From: an uncultured Spirochaetota bacterium
Lineage (GTDB): Bacteria; Spirochaetota; Spirochaetia; SZUA-6; Fen-1364
Reading direction: 5' to 3'
NCBI GenBank assembly: GCA_963745235.1
Contig: CAVUXE010000035.1
Coordinates: 160,001-224,000, forward strand
Length of the DNA: 64,000 nucleotides
Shown: piece after piece, positions 38,163-48,254 of the stretch
How the letters are laid out: the number at the start of each line of letters is the position of its first letter
Numbering within the stretch: the stretch's first letter is position 1
The notes under the pieces: model-generated
Told to the model about the DNA's origin: nothing
The model's database searches: none
Seen by the model: only the letters and a program-made list of their open reading frames with translations
Position numbers and translations under genes: made by a program

Positions 38163-39136
38163 TCGACAACCAGATCCGTGAGAAGCTCGCGGAGATCAGG
38201 GCGCTGGCGGACAAGTCGAACCTGGACATCTCTCGGGAGCTGGGTGTCCTGGAAGCAAAGCTGCGCGTCCCCGCTGCCCCCGCGGCGGCTCCCAACGAAG
38301 CGTGGAAGCGGGTGGAGCTGGCGCGGCACCCCGAGAGGCCGACGACGCTCCAGTACGCTGAAAAGATCTTCGATGAGTTCCTGGAGCTGCATGGAGACCG
38401 CACATTCGGAGACGATCCCGCCATGGTGGGCGGCATCGCCATCCTGTCCGGCCGGCCGGTGACGTTCTTCGGCCACCAGAAGGGCCGCAACATGAAGGAC
38501 AACATCAAGCGGAACTTCGGGATGGCCCACCCCGAGGGGTACCGGAAGGCGCTGCGGCTGGCAAAGCAGGCCGCGAAGTTCGACAGGCCCATCATCACGT
38601 TCATCGACACCCCGGGAGCCTATCCCGGGGTCTCCGGCGAGGACCGGGGGATCAGCCAGGCCATTGCGACCAACATGAAGGAGTTCGCCGAGCTGCCCGT
38701 TCCCATAATAGCAACGGTGCTGGGGGAGGGCGGGTCCGGCGGGGCAATCGGAATTGGCCTGGCGGACATCGTGCTCATGATGGAGAACGCCTACTATTCC
38801 GTCATCACACCCGAAGGGTGCGCCTCCATACTGCTCCGTGATTCCAGCAAGGCGCCGCTCTCCGCGCAGCTTTTGCGCCTGACGCCGAAGGACCTCCTGG
38901 ATTTCCGGGTCATAGACCGAATCGTCAAGGAGCCGCCCGGGGGCGCGCACAAGGACCTCGACTCGGCCGCCGCCACCCTGAAGTCCGACATCCTCAAGGC
39001 GCTCGGGGTCGTCTCTCGACGGAGCGTCGAGTCCATGCTCTCCCAGCGGCACGAACGGTTTCTCAGCCTGGGGGTTTTCCAGGAGCAGGAGGCGCGGAGG
39101 AAGGGGTTCCTCCAGCGTCTGAGGGAGTTCTTCTAA
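38159..39136 (+). CDS. accA: Acetyl-CoA carboxylase carboxyltransferase alpha subunit
   Basis: ARHPERP, ELHGDR, PEGYRKALR, DTPGAYPG, GEGGSGGA. Confidence 0.95.
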   Translation: MIDNQIREKLAEIRALADKSNLDISRELGVLEAKLRVPAAPAAAPNEAWKRVELARHPERPTTLQYAEKIFDEFLELHGDRTFGDDPAMVGGIAILSGRPVTFFGHQKGRNMKDNIKRNFGMAHPEGYRKALRLAKQAAKFDRPIITFIDTPGAYPGVSGEDRGISQAIATNMKEFAELPVPIIATVLGEGGSGGAIGIGLADIVLMMENAYYSVITPEGCASILLRDSSKAPLSAQLLRLTPKDLLDFRVIDRIVKEPPGGAHKDLDSAAATLKSDILKALGVVSRRSVESMLSQRHERFLSLGVFQEQEARRKGFLQRLREFF

Positions 39137-39162
39137 AGGTTTCCCGCGTCGGCGGGCCTCTC

Positions 39163-40362
39163 CTAGTTGATGATTCCGAGCTTCCTGCCCGCATCTGCGG
39201 CCACGGCAAGGATCCTGTCCAGCTCATCATCCGTGTGGATGGCCATGTAGGAAGTGCGGATCAGCGAGCTGTCAGGCGGAACAGCGGGAGGCAGCACCGG
39301 GTTGGTGAACACTCCGCCGTCGAACAAAGCGCGCCAGAAAAGCAGCGTCTTTTCAAACTCCCCGATGAGGAGGGGCACAATCGGGGTCTCCGCGGTCCCG
39401 ACGTTGAAACCCAGGGCCTTGAACCCATTCACCATCTTGTGCCCGATTGTCTGCAGGCGCCGTACCCTCTCCGGCTCCTTCTCCATGATGTCCAGGCATG
39501 CGCTTACCGAGGCGATCGTGGCGGGGGGCATGCTGGCGCTGAAGATCAGTGGCCGGGCAAAATGCTTGATGTAGTCTATCACCTCGTCATCCCCGGCGAC
39601 GAAGCCTCCCAGGGATCCGAATGACTTTGAGAACGTGCACATGACCACGTCGGCGTGGCCCGTGACGCCGTAATGCTCCTCCGTGCCCCGCCCGGTCTGT
39701 CCCAGGACGCCAATTGCATGCGCTTCGTCCAGGTACAGGCGCGCGCCGTATTTCTTGCAGAGCTCCCGCATGGCCGGAAGCTTTACGATGTCACCTTCCA
39801 TGCTGAAGACGCCGTCCGTGACGACAAGCTTGGGGGCGTCCAGCGCCTCCTGGGACAGGAACTTCTCCAGGCTCGTCATGTCGTTGTGCGAGTATCTGTG
39901 CACCCGCACTTTGCCTCGCATCCCCGAGGAAAGGAATATGCCGTCCATGATGGAGGCGTGGTTCACCTTGTCGGAAAATACGTGCTCGTCTCTCGCCAGG
40001 AGGGCAGAGATGGCCCCCAGGTTGGTCTGGTAGCCCGTGGTGAAGCACAGGGCCCGCTGCCTGCCCACGAACCTGGCCAGGTGGTCCTCCAGCTCTTCGT
40101 GCAGCGCGAGGGTGCCGTTGAGAAACCTCGATCCCGAGCAGCTCGTTCCCCACTTTTTTGTTGCCGCGATGGCGGCTTCTTTCACGCGCCCGTCCCACGA
40201 GAGGCCCAGGTAATTGTTGGAACCCGCCATGATGAGCTCTTTGCCCTCCATGATCACCCGCGTTCCCCGACTTTCCTGAATTGGCTTGAAGTATGGGTAA
40301 ATGCCCTTTTCCTGTGCCTCCCGCGCCTCACCCCACGAGTAGCATTTCTCAAATATGTCCAA
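39163..40362 (-). CDS. PLP-dependent alpha-oxoamine synthase, serine palmitoyltransferase-like
   Basis: GIYPYF, GSNNYLGL, GSRFLNGT, NHASI, DGVFSMEGD, DEAH, TFSKSFG, IFSAS; TTG start after GGGAGG. Confidence 0.85.
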   Translation of the reverse strand: MDIFEKCYSWGEAREAQEKGIYPYFKPIQESRGTRVIMEGKELIMAGSNNYLGLSWDGRVKEAAIAATKKWGTSCSGSRFLNGTLALHEELEDHLARFVGRQRALCFTTGYQTNLGAISALLARDEHVFSDKVNHASIMDGIFLSSGMRGKVRVHRYSHNDMTSLEKFLSQEALDAPKLVVTDGVFSMEGDIVKLPAMRELCKKYGARLYLDEAHAIGVLGQTGRGTEEHYGVTGHADVVMCTFSKSFGSLGGFVAGDDEVIDYIKHFARPLIFSASMPPATIASVSACLDIMEKEPERVRRLQTIGHKMVNGFKALGFNVGTAETPIVPLLIGEFEKTLLFWRALFDGGVFTNPVLPPAVPPDSSLIRTSYMAIHTDDELDRILAVAADAGRKLGIIN

Positions 40363-40478
40363 GGTGGCCTCCCTTTGGGCGGATTTTGGCTACAGTGATA
40401 CAACGCGAGCGCCCGGCGTGTAAAGGCGTTTTGAGCAGTGTTACTAGCTCTCAGCCGGCGCTTCGGAAGGGCTTGTCT

Positions 40479-41078
40479 TTACATCCTGAGAATTTTGTCA
40501 AAAAGGTCCAGCCTCTCGGCGCTCGTCCAGTCAGTGCCATCGAATCCAACGATCCGCGCGATGAGCCTTCCGGATCGGTCGAGAAGATAGTTCGTTGGAA
40601 TACTGCTGGCGCCGTAGGCGGAGCCGACCGCGACGTCTCCGTCAAGAAGAACGGGGAAGGTCAGGCTGTAGTCTTTTACAAACTGCGCGACAACTGGCTT
40701 TTGCTCCCCCATGTCGACGGCAACGACCGCCAGCCCCTTGCTTTCCAGCTTGTTGTAGAGGGCCTGGATGGAGGGGAGCTCGGCTTTGCACGGCCCGCAC
40801 CACGTGGCCCAGAAGCTGAGAAACACGACCTTGCCCTTGAACGAGCTGAGGCTCCGGCGCGATCCGTCAAGGGATCCCAGCGTGAAATCTTCCGCGGCAG
40901 CGGGTTTTGCAGCAACGGCGAAGCCTGATTTCTTCAGCAGATCCGCAAGGTCTCCGGGCAGCTGAGCCGGCACCGGCCGTGAAGAAGCGCTGTCCTTTCG
41001 GCTGCACGAGAGAAGCACGACAGCTGCAAGCAGGCAGCCCGCGGCCAGCAGGAAAGCCTTCCCCGGTATATGTCTCAT
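40479..41078 (-). CDS. TlpA/ResA-family thiol-disulfide oxidoreductase lipoprotein
   Basis: Lipobox VLLSC; FWATWCGPCKAELP. Confidence 0.9.
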   Translation of the reverse strand: MRHIPGKAFLLAAGCLLAAVVLLSCSRKDSASSRPVPAQLPGDLADLLKKSGFAVAAKPAAAEDFTLGSLDGSRRSLSSFKGKVVFLSFWATWCGPCKAELPSIQALYNKLESKGLAVVAVDMGEQKPVVAQFVKDYSLTFPVLLDGDVAVGSAYGASSIPTNYLLDRSGRLIARIVGFDGTDWTSAERLDLFDKILRM

Positions 41079-41095
41079 GTCTTGAACGTACCGAT

Positions 41096-41785
41096 TCAGG
41101 CCCCGCTGGACAACCGCGAGGCGTGAAGGAGGCTCAGGCAAAGCACGGTCGCGTTGTAGAGACCATGTGCCACGGCTATTACATGCAGGCTGCCTCGTCT
41201 GAGGTACACCCCCGCAAAGAGCACGCCCAAGGCGGCCGAGGTGGCAAGCCCCAGCGGCCCCTGGTAGGCATGCCCCGCGCAGAACAGCAGCGTCGAGAGC
41301 GCGACGGAGAGCGGTACGGGGACGCCCATCTGATCCTGCCGCTTCAACAGGTACGAGCGAAAGAAGAACTCCTCCCTGTAGCCTGCCACGAGCCCGAAAG
41401 CGACGGCCAGCGGAATCTGCGACGGGCCCCCCAGTCGAAAGCGGAACCCGGTGGCGAGGTACCTGGACACGTTGGGCGGGAGGGTCAGCACGAGGGCGGC
41501 AAGCGGAGCGAAAATTGCAAAGCATCCCAGGAGAACAAGAACTATGCGCAGCCCATCAGCTGCCCGGAACGGCGCGAAGCCCCATGATTCCATGGTCGTA
41601 TCCCGGGAAAGGCTTGCTATGTAGACCATGAGACAGAATTGGGGAACGCCCACCACGATGGATTGGACCATGGCGGTGCTGCTGATGGGGCCGCTGGGAG
41701 GAACGACGCCCTGCGACAAATACCCGGGAAGAAAAAAAGCGAGGAAACAGAGAATCATTTCCAGGAGAGACCGCGTCTGCTTCAC
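41096..41785 (-). CDS. CPBP (CAAX/Abi) intramembrane metalloprotease
   Basis: EEFFFRSY, F.AGHAYQG, AHGLYN; multiple TMs. Confidence 0.88.
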   Translation of the reverse strand: MKQTRSLLEMILCFLAFFLPGYLSQGVVPPSGPISSTAMVQSIVVGVPQFCLMVYIASLSRDTTMESWGFAPFRAADGLRIVLVLLGCFAIFAPLAALVLTLPPNVSRYLATGFRFRLGGPSQIPLAVAFGLVAGYREEFFFRSYLLKRQDQMGVPVPLSVALSTLLFCAGHAYQGPLGLATSAALGVLFAGVYLRRGSLHVIAVAHGLYNATVLCLSLLHASRLSSGA

Positions 41786-41850
41786 GATGGTGGCATCCTA
41801 GATTGGTATGGAAATATATGCCCTTTTTCACGATAATAGTAGCTGGAAAT

Positions 41851-42963
41851 ATGGTATTCTCGGTTGTCCTCCTTGCCATTGCATTTCTCGTCGTTCTCAC
41901 ATTGATACTTCTCCGCCGCGCCGGCGGCGGAAAGTTTCCGTGGCTGCAATTCTATCTCAAGGGCAGGGAATCCGGCTTCGAGTTTCGAGAGATCAACCTC
42001 CTGCGCCGGGTAGCGGTGGAGTCGAAGCTCGAAAATCCCACCTCACTTTTCTGGTCAATGAAGCAGCTGGACCGTTCCATGAAGGGAATCATCCTGCGCT
42101 ACCGGTCCCGGTCGCAGGAGCAGGACCCGGAATACAACAGGCTGCTCCAGAAGCTGTTCGAGCTTCGAAAGCGGGTGGAGTTCGATCTGCCCAAGTACAA
42201 GATCGGCATCAAGAGCACCAGGAAGCTCTCGCCAAACCAGTCCCTTCGGATCATGCTCCCCGGGCTTGGTCCCTTCACCTCGGTGGTCGTGGAGAACCTC
42301 AACCGTTATCTCGCCGTTTCCTATCCCCAAGGTCCCAAGCTTCCCGAAGGCTTTTCGTGGAAGAACCAGAAGATCAACGTGTACTTCTGGAGGGCGGAAG
42401 ACGCCGGATATTACTTCCAGACAAAGGTGCTGGAGGACTACCTGGACAGGAAATACCCCATCCTGCACATCCTTCAATCCGACAACCTCGTTCGGACGCA
42501 GAAGCGCAATTCGGTGCGAGTGGAAGCAGACCTGCCGGCCGAGCTCTTCCCCATGAAAACAATTGAGCTTGCCAACGAGACCCTCGAGGAGGGGAAGGGG
42601 CTGCGGTGCAGGATCGTCGACCTTTCCGAGGGCGGCTGCGCGGTGCTCATCGGCGGGAAGGCAAAGGTGGGGCTGCCCTTGAAGCTGCAGTTCGCCCTTG
42701 GAGAAAACTCGCTGGCGATGAACGGCGTGGTCAAAGGGATCAATTTCGACGAGAAGAAAGGCCGCTCGGTCCTCCACGTGCAGGCGGTGCCCCCCAGCCC
42801 GTCAATGAGAAACAGGCTTCTGACCTACGTGTACAATCTCTTCGGAGAACGGGCGGTAGCCGGCCCTCCCCGCAAGGCGGATGCAGGCAACCGTGACGGA
42901 AAACCCGAGGGGATCATGATCAAGGCGACGCCCCCGAACCCCAACCAGTCTCCGGGAAGCTGA
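41851..42963 (+). CDS. Membrane-anchored PilZ-domain (YcgR-like) c-di-GMP receptor
   Basis: N-terminal TM; QKRNSVR (RxxxR) and DLSEGG (DxSxxG). Confidence 0.88.
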   Translation: MVFSVVLLAIAFLVVLTLILLRRAGGGKFPWLQFYLKGRESGFEFREINLLRRVAVESKLENPTSLFWSMKQLDRSMKGIILRYRSRSQEQDPEYNRLLQKLFELRKRVEFDLPKYKIGIKSTRKLSPNQSLRIMLPGLGPFTSVVVENLNRYLAVSYPQGPKLPEGFSWKNQKINVYFWRAEDAGYYFQTKVLEDYLDRKYPILHILQSDNLVRTQKRNSVRVEADLPAELFPMKTIELANETLEEGKGLRCRIVDLSEGGCAVLIGGKAKVGLPLKLQFALGENSLAMNGVVKGINFDEKKGRSVLHVQAVPPSPSMRNRLLTYVYNLFGERAVAGPPRKADAGNRDGKPEGIMIKATPPNPNQSPGS

Positions 42964-43036
42964 AACGCTCCGCGGCTCGATTGCCATTCGCGTCGAGTCC
43001 ATGTACTATCGGCGAATTACGTGGAGGAATGCGGAT

Positions 43037-44226
43037 ATGAAACGTGCCCTCTGGATCCTGGTCGTGCTTTCCATTCCGTTTTTTTCAGCACAGGCCCAGG
43101 AGGCGAGCAAGATACTGGACACCTATCGCCGCAATTTCACCATTGCCAGCCTGGACGTGAAAATCCAGATCCTCCAGGATGCGGCCAGCGGCAGGAACGC
43201 TGCCGACATGGGCCCCCTGTATCGAGCAGGCCCTCGAGTTCGTGACCGACAACGGCAGCCTCATGGCGAGCGATGCGCGCTTCAACCAGCTGGCGGCAAT
43301 TGCCGCCGAGCAGATAGGGGTCGTCAAGTACACCGCTTCCAAGGGCGGCCTCTGGAAGCTCTTCCAGATCGACTCCGACACGCAGACCCTGCAGAACGCC
43401 GCCGTTGCGCTGGGCGTGGTCGGCGCGGGTGATGCTGACACCATCGCCAACCTCAACCACTACGTGGACACTCAGAACAATCTCTTTCGCCGGCGGCAAG
43501 CAACCGGACATGATCGTCCTGGCCGCCTGCATGCAGGCGCTGGGGCACTGGGAGACCCCTCGTCATTCCCGATCCTTTTCAGCGCAATGAACGTCGGGTA
43601 CCCCGACAAGATCACGGCCGTTGCGAAGGACGCTCTGCTTTCCATCAAGGGTGATTTCCAGGCGCTGCTCACGGGCGTGATCAAGGAACGGCCGCTCTCG
43701 GAAAAGAGGCTCGCCCTCCAGATGGCGCTGGACAGCGACAAGCTCACGAGCGACCAGAAAGCTCAGGTCTCGCAGTTCGCCCTGGACATCAGCCTCCACT
43801 CGAGCGCGGCGGACGCGGCGGCCAAGGACGGCTTTCGCGACATGAGGTTCACGGCCGCGCGGGCCCTCGGTGACCGCGCGTGGGCCCCGGCAGCCTCGCT
43901 TCTTGTCGAGCACCTGGACACGACCATCGGTGAGTTCGACAAGGGGCTCGTGGATACGCAACCACCTGCTGGACGCCATCAGCGAGCTGGGCGCCACGGG
44001 AACGCATGATGCCGCCGTCCGGCTGACCCAGTATCTGGTGCTGATCAATTCCTACACGGAAAAGGGGAAGGCCTACGACGAGAAGGTCGTTACCTCGATC
44101 CTCAACGCCCTCGGGGCCCTCGGGGACAAGGTGGCCTTCGACGACCTGATGTACACCCAGTACTTGAACTACCCCACCGGAGTGAAGAAGGCAGCGCGCG
44201 CGGCGCTCGACAAGCTGAAGTGGTAG
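43037..44226 (+). CDS. Exported HEAT-repeat protein, several frameshifts
   Basis: Signal peptide MKRALWILVVLSIPFFSAQA; ALGVVG, ALGDP and ALGALGDK helical repeats; shifts at ~43222, ~43485, ~43545 and ~43955. Confidence 0.7.
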
Positions 44227-44245
44227 GAGCGCGGCGCGGGCCCGC

Positions 44246-45724
44246 ATGCTGAGACGGCACGTCACACCCGCCGTCCTCGCCTTCTGCCTCATGCTGACGT
44301 GCTGCCTGCTTCATAACCTCCTGGCACACCGGGGAACGCTGATCGTCTGCCTCGCGGCGGCCTGTTCCGCGCCGGGGATTGTCCTGCTGCGGACGTCGGC
44401 CCCGGGCACGCGGCGCGCGGGCATTCTCTTCCTTTCGGCCGGCGCGGGTTGCATCCTCGGGCTGTGGTCGGTACAGCGCATGGCTCAGGAGCCGTCCCGT
44501 GCGTACCTTCCGTTCCCGGAAACCGAGGTGTCCTCGTTCACGGGTTTCCTGGTGCGGGACAGCGTTCTTTCAACCCGGGGGGACACGATCCTCCGGCTTT
44601 CCCTGAAGGACGCGGCTTCGCGGACTCGGGGAGTCACGGCGGGGGCCCGGGGGAAAGTGCTGGTCAGGGTACGGGGCGACTATCGTTTTTCCCTTGGGCA
44701 GGAGCTGACTCTCAACGCCGGGCTCGCGCGCCTTGACGCCTCAACGGGTGAAACCTGGACGGCCGTGGGAGACAGAAAAGACCTGCTGCGTCGCGGCTTC
44801 TCTTTCCCACTGTGGTCCCTGAGGGCGGAGGCGAGGGACTGGCTTCACCGGGCCGTCTCCCGCGCCGGCTACCCGGCATCTGCTCTCATGGAAGCGCTCC
44901 TGATCGGCAGCAGGGAGGACGTTCCTCCCGACCTCCATGACGGCTTCAAGCGGACTGGAAGCCTGCACATCCTTGCCCTCTCGGGACTGCACGTCAGCGT
45001 GCTGTACGCGTTGCTGCTGGGGATCCTCGGCTTTCTGCGCGGCAAGGCTTTGAAGCTCCTCATCGCCACCCTGGTTCTCGTGTTCTACCAGGTCCTGGCG
45101 GGGTTCATGCCATCACTCCTGCGGGCCACTATCATGATCATCCTTGCGGGGATCGGCATGCTGCTGGACAGGGACGGAGAACCGCTCAATCTGCTCGCCC
45201 TTTCAGGGATCGCTGTCCTTTTTGCAAGCCCCGGGGAATCCTTCTCTCTTTCGTTTCAGCTTTCCTATCTCGCGCTTTTCGGCATTCTCGCGGTGGGACC
45301 GGTCATCCAGAGACTCCTGCAGGCGCGGATCCCGAAAATCATCCTTGCGCCGCTGGCCATGTCCGTTGGAGCGCAGATTGCCACTTTTCCCCTCGTGGTC
45401 GGCCAATTCGGCGTCTACTATCCTTCGGGGCTCCTGGCGGGGCTCCTCCTTGTTCCGCTCACAACCGCAGTGCTCTGGGGCGCCCTGGGATGGCTCGTGG
45501 TCTTTGTCGTTCCGTGGCCGTTGCTTCACGACCTGGGAGCGCAGGGATTTTCCCTTCTCTACGGGGCGATTGAGAAAGTCGCCGCAACTTTCGGTCAGCT
45601 GCCGGCAATGACGTTGAGCGCTCAGGCCTTGCCATGGTCCATCGCGCTTTCAATAGTATTCATGGGGGCCCTGGCAATCCTGGTGCCGGGCCGCAGAAGG
45701 GCAGAGAAAGCGCGGTTTCCGTGA
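44246..45724 (+). CDS. comEC: ComEC/Rec2 family competence protein (no beta-lactamase domain)
   Basis: FKRTGSLHILALSGLHV, PSLLRATIM, SFQLSYLA. Confidence 0.88.
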   Translation: MLRRHVTPAVLAFCLMLTCCLLHNLLAHRGTLIVCLAAACSAPGIVLLRTSAPGTRRAGILFLSAGAGCILGLWSVQRMAQEPSRAYLPFPETEVSSFTGFLVRDSVLSTRGDTILRLSLKDAASRTRGVTAGARGKVLVRVRGDYRFSLGQELTLNAGLARLDASTGETWTAVGDRKDLLRRGFSFPLWSLRAEARDWLHRAVSRAGYPASALMEALLIGSREDVPPDLHDGFKRTGSLHILALSGLHVSVLYALLLGILGFLRGKALKLLIATLVLVFYQVLAGFMPSLLRATIMIILAGIGMLLDRDGEPLNLLALSGIAVLFASPGESFSLSFQLSYLALFGILAVGPVIQRLLQARIPKIILAPLAMSVGAQIATFPLVVGQFGVYYPSGLLAGLLLVPLTTAVLWGALGWLVVFVVPWPLLHDLGAQGFSLLYGAIEKVAATFGQLPAMTLSAQALPWSIALSIVFMGALAILVPGRRRAEKARFP

Positions 45725-46605
45725 ACCACGATTCGCCCTCCGAGATACGAGCCGAGCTGCAACGGCGCGGCTTGACCCTCAAGAAGCGCTGGGGCCAGAA
45801 CTTCCTCATCAACCGCGGAGCACGGGAATCCCTGATGGGATGGCTTTCGCCGGCGGAAGGAGATCTCGTCTGGGAGATCGGCCCCGGTCTCGGCGCAATG
45901 ACCGAGCTCCTGTTGAAGAAAGGCGCGCGGGCGGTCGTCTTCGAGGTGGACCGCGGATTGTGCAGATACCTGGAGGAGGTCTTCGGCGGGCAAAGCGGGT
46001 TTTCTCTCGTCCCGGGAGATTTCGTAAAGACATGGCGGGAAGCGCTCCACGCGCACGGCGCTCCCGGGCTCCTCCTGGGCAACCTTCCGTATCGCTCAGC
46101 CTCCCTCATGGTGGCTGACATCATCCAGGGCGGATTGCGCCCACGGCGCGTGGTGGTGACGCTGCAGCGAGAGGCCGCGGAGCGGATGTGCTCTCCGCCT
46201 GCCCGCAAGTCCTACTCGTCATTTTCGGTCCTTTGCCAGGCGGTGTTCAAGGTGCGCGCCCTCGGTGATCTCAAGCCGGGGAGCTTCTATCCGGCGCCCG
46301 AGGTCGTTTCCACGGCAGTCGAGCTGACCCCGCGGGAAGACGCTCCGGACGGGACTTCGCTCACGGTCCTGAGCGCCATCACGCGCAGCCTGTTCGCGGC
46401 GCGAAGAAAGACGATCCGCAACAACATGGCTGCCGCATTGCTGCCGGCGGGAATAAGACCTGAGGACGCGTTGAAAGCCTTCGAGAGGGAAGGGGTTGAC
46501 CCGGGGGCCCGCGCGGAGGAGCTTCCTCCTGACACCTTCCTGCGGACGGCGAAGGCGCTCGCGGCCCGCATGTCTCAGGATCTCAGAGAACCTTCAAGTC
46601 CTTGA
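45721..46605 (+). CDS. rsmA: 16S rRNA m6,2A1518/1519 dimethyltransferase
   Basis: KKRWGQNFL, EIGPGLGAMT, GNLPY, FYPAPEV, RRKTIRNN, RAEEL. Confidence 0.95.
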   Translation: MNHDSPSEIRAELQRRGLTLKKRWGQNFLINRGARESLMGWLSPAEGDLVWEIGPGLGAMTELLLKKGARAVVFEVDRGLCRYLEEVFGGQSGFSLVPGDFVKTWREALHAHGAPGLLLGNLPYRSASLMVADIIQGGLRPRRVVVTLQREAAERMCSPPARKSYSSFSVLCQAVFKVRALGDLKPGSFYPAPEVVSTAVELTPREDAPDGTSLTVLSAITRSLFAARRKTIRNNMAAALLPAGIRPEDALKAFEREGVDPGARAEELPPDTFLRTAKALAARMSQDLREPSSP

Positions 46606-47461
46606 GTGTCGCGGCGAGAGCTTCCCGGTTTTTCGGCGTCATCCGGCACATGGGCAGGCGATAGACTTCCGGCATCATCCCCTTCATGGCAAGGGCCGCT
46701 TTGACCGGGATGGGATTCGTCTCGATGAACATGGCCTTGAACAACGGCAGAAGCTCGTAATGCATCCTGCGGGCAGCGTCCCAGTCACCTTTCAGGGCCG
46801 CGCCGACGAACTTCGCCATCCGCTCGGGGACGATGTTGCTGACAACGGAGACCACGCCCTTGCCGCCGAGGGCCATCAGGGGGAAGACCAGGTTGTCGTC
46901 CCCCGACAGCACGGTGAAGTCCGCCGGCTTGCGGGAGATCAGGTCCATCATCTGCGAGATGTCGCCGCTCGCTTCCTTGACCGCGACGATGTTGCGGTGC
47001 TTTGCCAGGTCCAGCATGGTCGGGGTGTCGATGTTCCTCGCCGTGCGGCCCGCGATGTTGTAGACCACCAGCGGGAGGTCCACCGCGTCCGCCACGGCGC
47101 GGAAGTGCAGAAGGATGCCATCGTTTGTCGGCTTGTTGTAATACGGCGTCACCTGCAGCGTGCCATCCGCCCCGGCTTCCTTCGCTTCCCGTGCGTAGTG
47201 AATGGCTTCCTTCGTGTTGTTGGAGCCGGCACCGCCGATGACGGGGACGCGGCCCCGCGCCTGCTCCACGACAACCTGGATGACGCGCCGGCATTCTTCC
47301 CCATCCAGGGTGGGGCTCTCCCCGGTGGTGCCCACGGGCACCAGGCCCTGCACGCCGCCCTCTATCTGGAAGTCAACGAGCCTGCGCAGCGACTTCTCGT
47401 CCACTTTCCCGTCATCCGTCATGGGGGTGACGAGCGCGGTGAAAACGCCTTCCAGCTTCAT
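46583..47461 (-). CDS. dapA: 4-hydroxy-tetrahydrodipicolinate synthase
   Basis: TALVTP, GTTGES, PYYNKP, YNIAGRT, KEASG, ETNPIPVK. Confidence 0.96.
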   Translation of the reverse strand: MKLEGVFTALVTPMTDDGKVDEKSLRRLVDFQIEGGVQGLVPVGTTGESPTLDGEECRRVIQVVVEQARGRVPVIGGAGSNNTKEAIHYAREAKEAGADGTLQVTPYYNKPTNDGILLHFRAVADAVDLPLVVYNIAGRTARNIDTPTMLDLAKHRNIVAVKEASGDISQMMDLISRKPADFTVLSGDDNLVFPLMALGGKGVVSVVSNIVPERMAKFVGAALKGDWDAARRMHYELLPLFKAMFIETNPIPVKAALAMKGMMPEVYRLPMCRMTPKNREALAATLKDLKVL

Positions 47462-48216
47462 GGTGTCTTCCTCCCGAAAATGTCCTGGATGAAATCAGTG
47501 ACTTCGAAGAGGCCCGTCTTCCCCTGGATCCATTCAGCCGCGCGGACGGCCCCAACCGCCAACCCGACCCTGTTCCGCGCCGAATGAGTGAGCTCGATGG
47601 TGTCAAAGGGGGAGTCCAGGAGCACGGTGTGGATGCCCGGGACATCGCCTCCCCGCACGGAGGCAAAATGAAGCTCCTCCGGCCCGGGGGCCCGGTCCAG
47701 CTTGTCCGTGACCAGCCTCTTCTTGCGGGCGTGCGTGGACGTTATGATCTTTGCCAGGCTCAGCGCAGTGCCGGACGGAGAGTCCTTCTTTCTCCTGTGG
47801 TGCACTTCCCAGCCCAGGATGTCGTATTCAGGGAAAGGATTGGAAAGCTCCGTGGCGGCCGCCACGAGCGCGAAGAACAGGTGCGCCCCGATGGAAAAGT
47901 TGCTGCCGTAGACGAGCCCGGTCTTCCCGCCCGAGACGATGGACTTCAGCTCATCCAGCTTCCCGTACCACCCCGTGGTGCCGACCACGGCGCTCACGCC
48001 GAAGCGCGCATAGATGCGGGCGTTTTCCAGGACCGCCTCCGCATGGGAGAACTCGATTGCGGCGTCAACTCCTCGGGCCATTTCCTCCGTCAGAGACGGG
48101 GCATCCGCGGCGTCCTGCTTCGGATCGATTCGCGCCGCAATCTCGTGACCCCGGGAGCGCAGGACGCGCTCCACCTCCTGCCCCATGCTCCCATACCCGA
48201 TGATCGCGACTCTCAT
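47458..48216 (-). CDS. dapB: 4-hydroxy-tetrahydrodipicolinate reductase
   Basis: GYGSMG, GTTGW, NFSIG, EVHHRRKKDSPSGTA. Confidence 0.95.
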   Translation of the reverse strand: MRVAIIGYGSMGQEVERVLRSRGHEIAARIDPKQDAADAPSLTEEMARGVDAAIEFSHAEAVLENARIYARFGVSAVVGTTGWYGKLDELKSIVSGGKTGLVYGSNFSIGAHLFFALVAAATELSNPFPEYDILGWEVHHRRKKDSPSGTALSLAKIITSTHARKKRLVTDKLDRAPGPEELHFASVRGGDVPGIHTVLLDSPFDTIELTHSARNRVGLAVGAVRAAEWIQGKTGLFEVTDFIQDIFGRKTP

Positions 48217-48254
48217 GGTCCGGGCATGATAGTGCGGGGGGCTCGAGAGATCAA

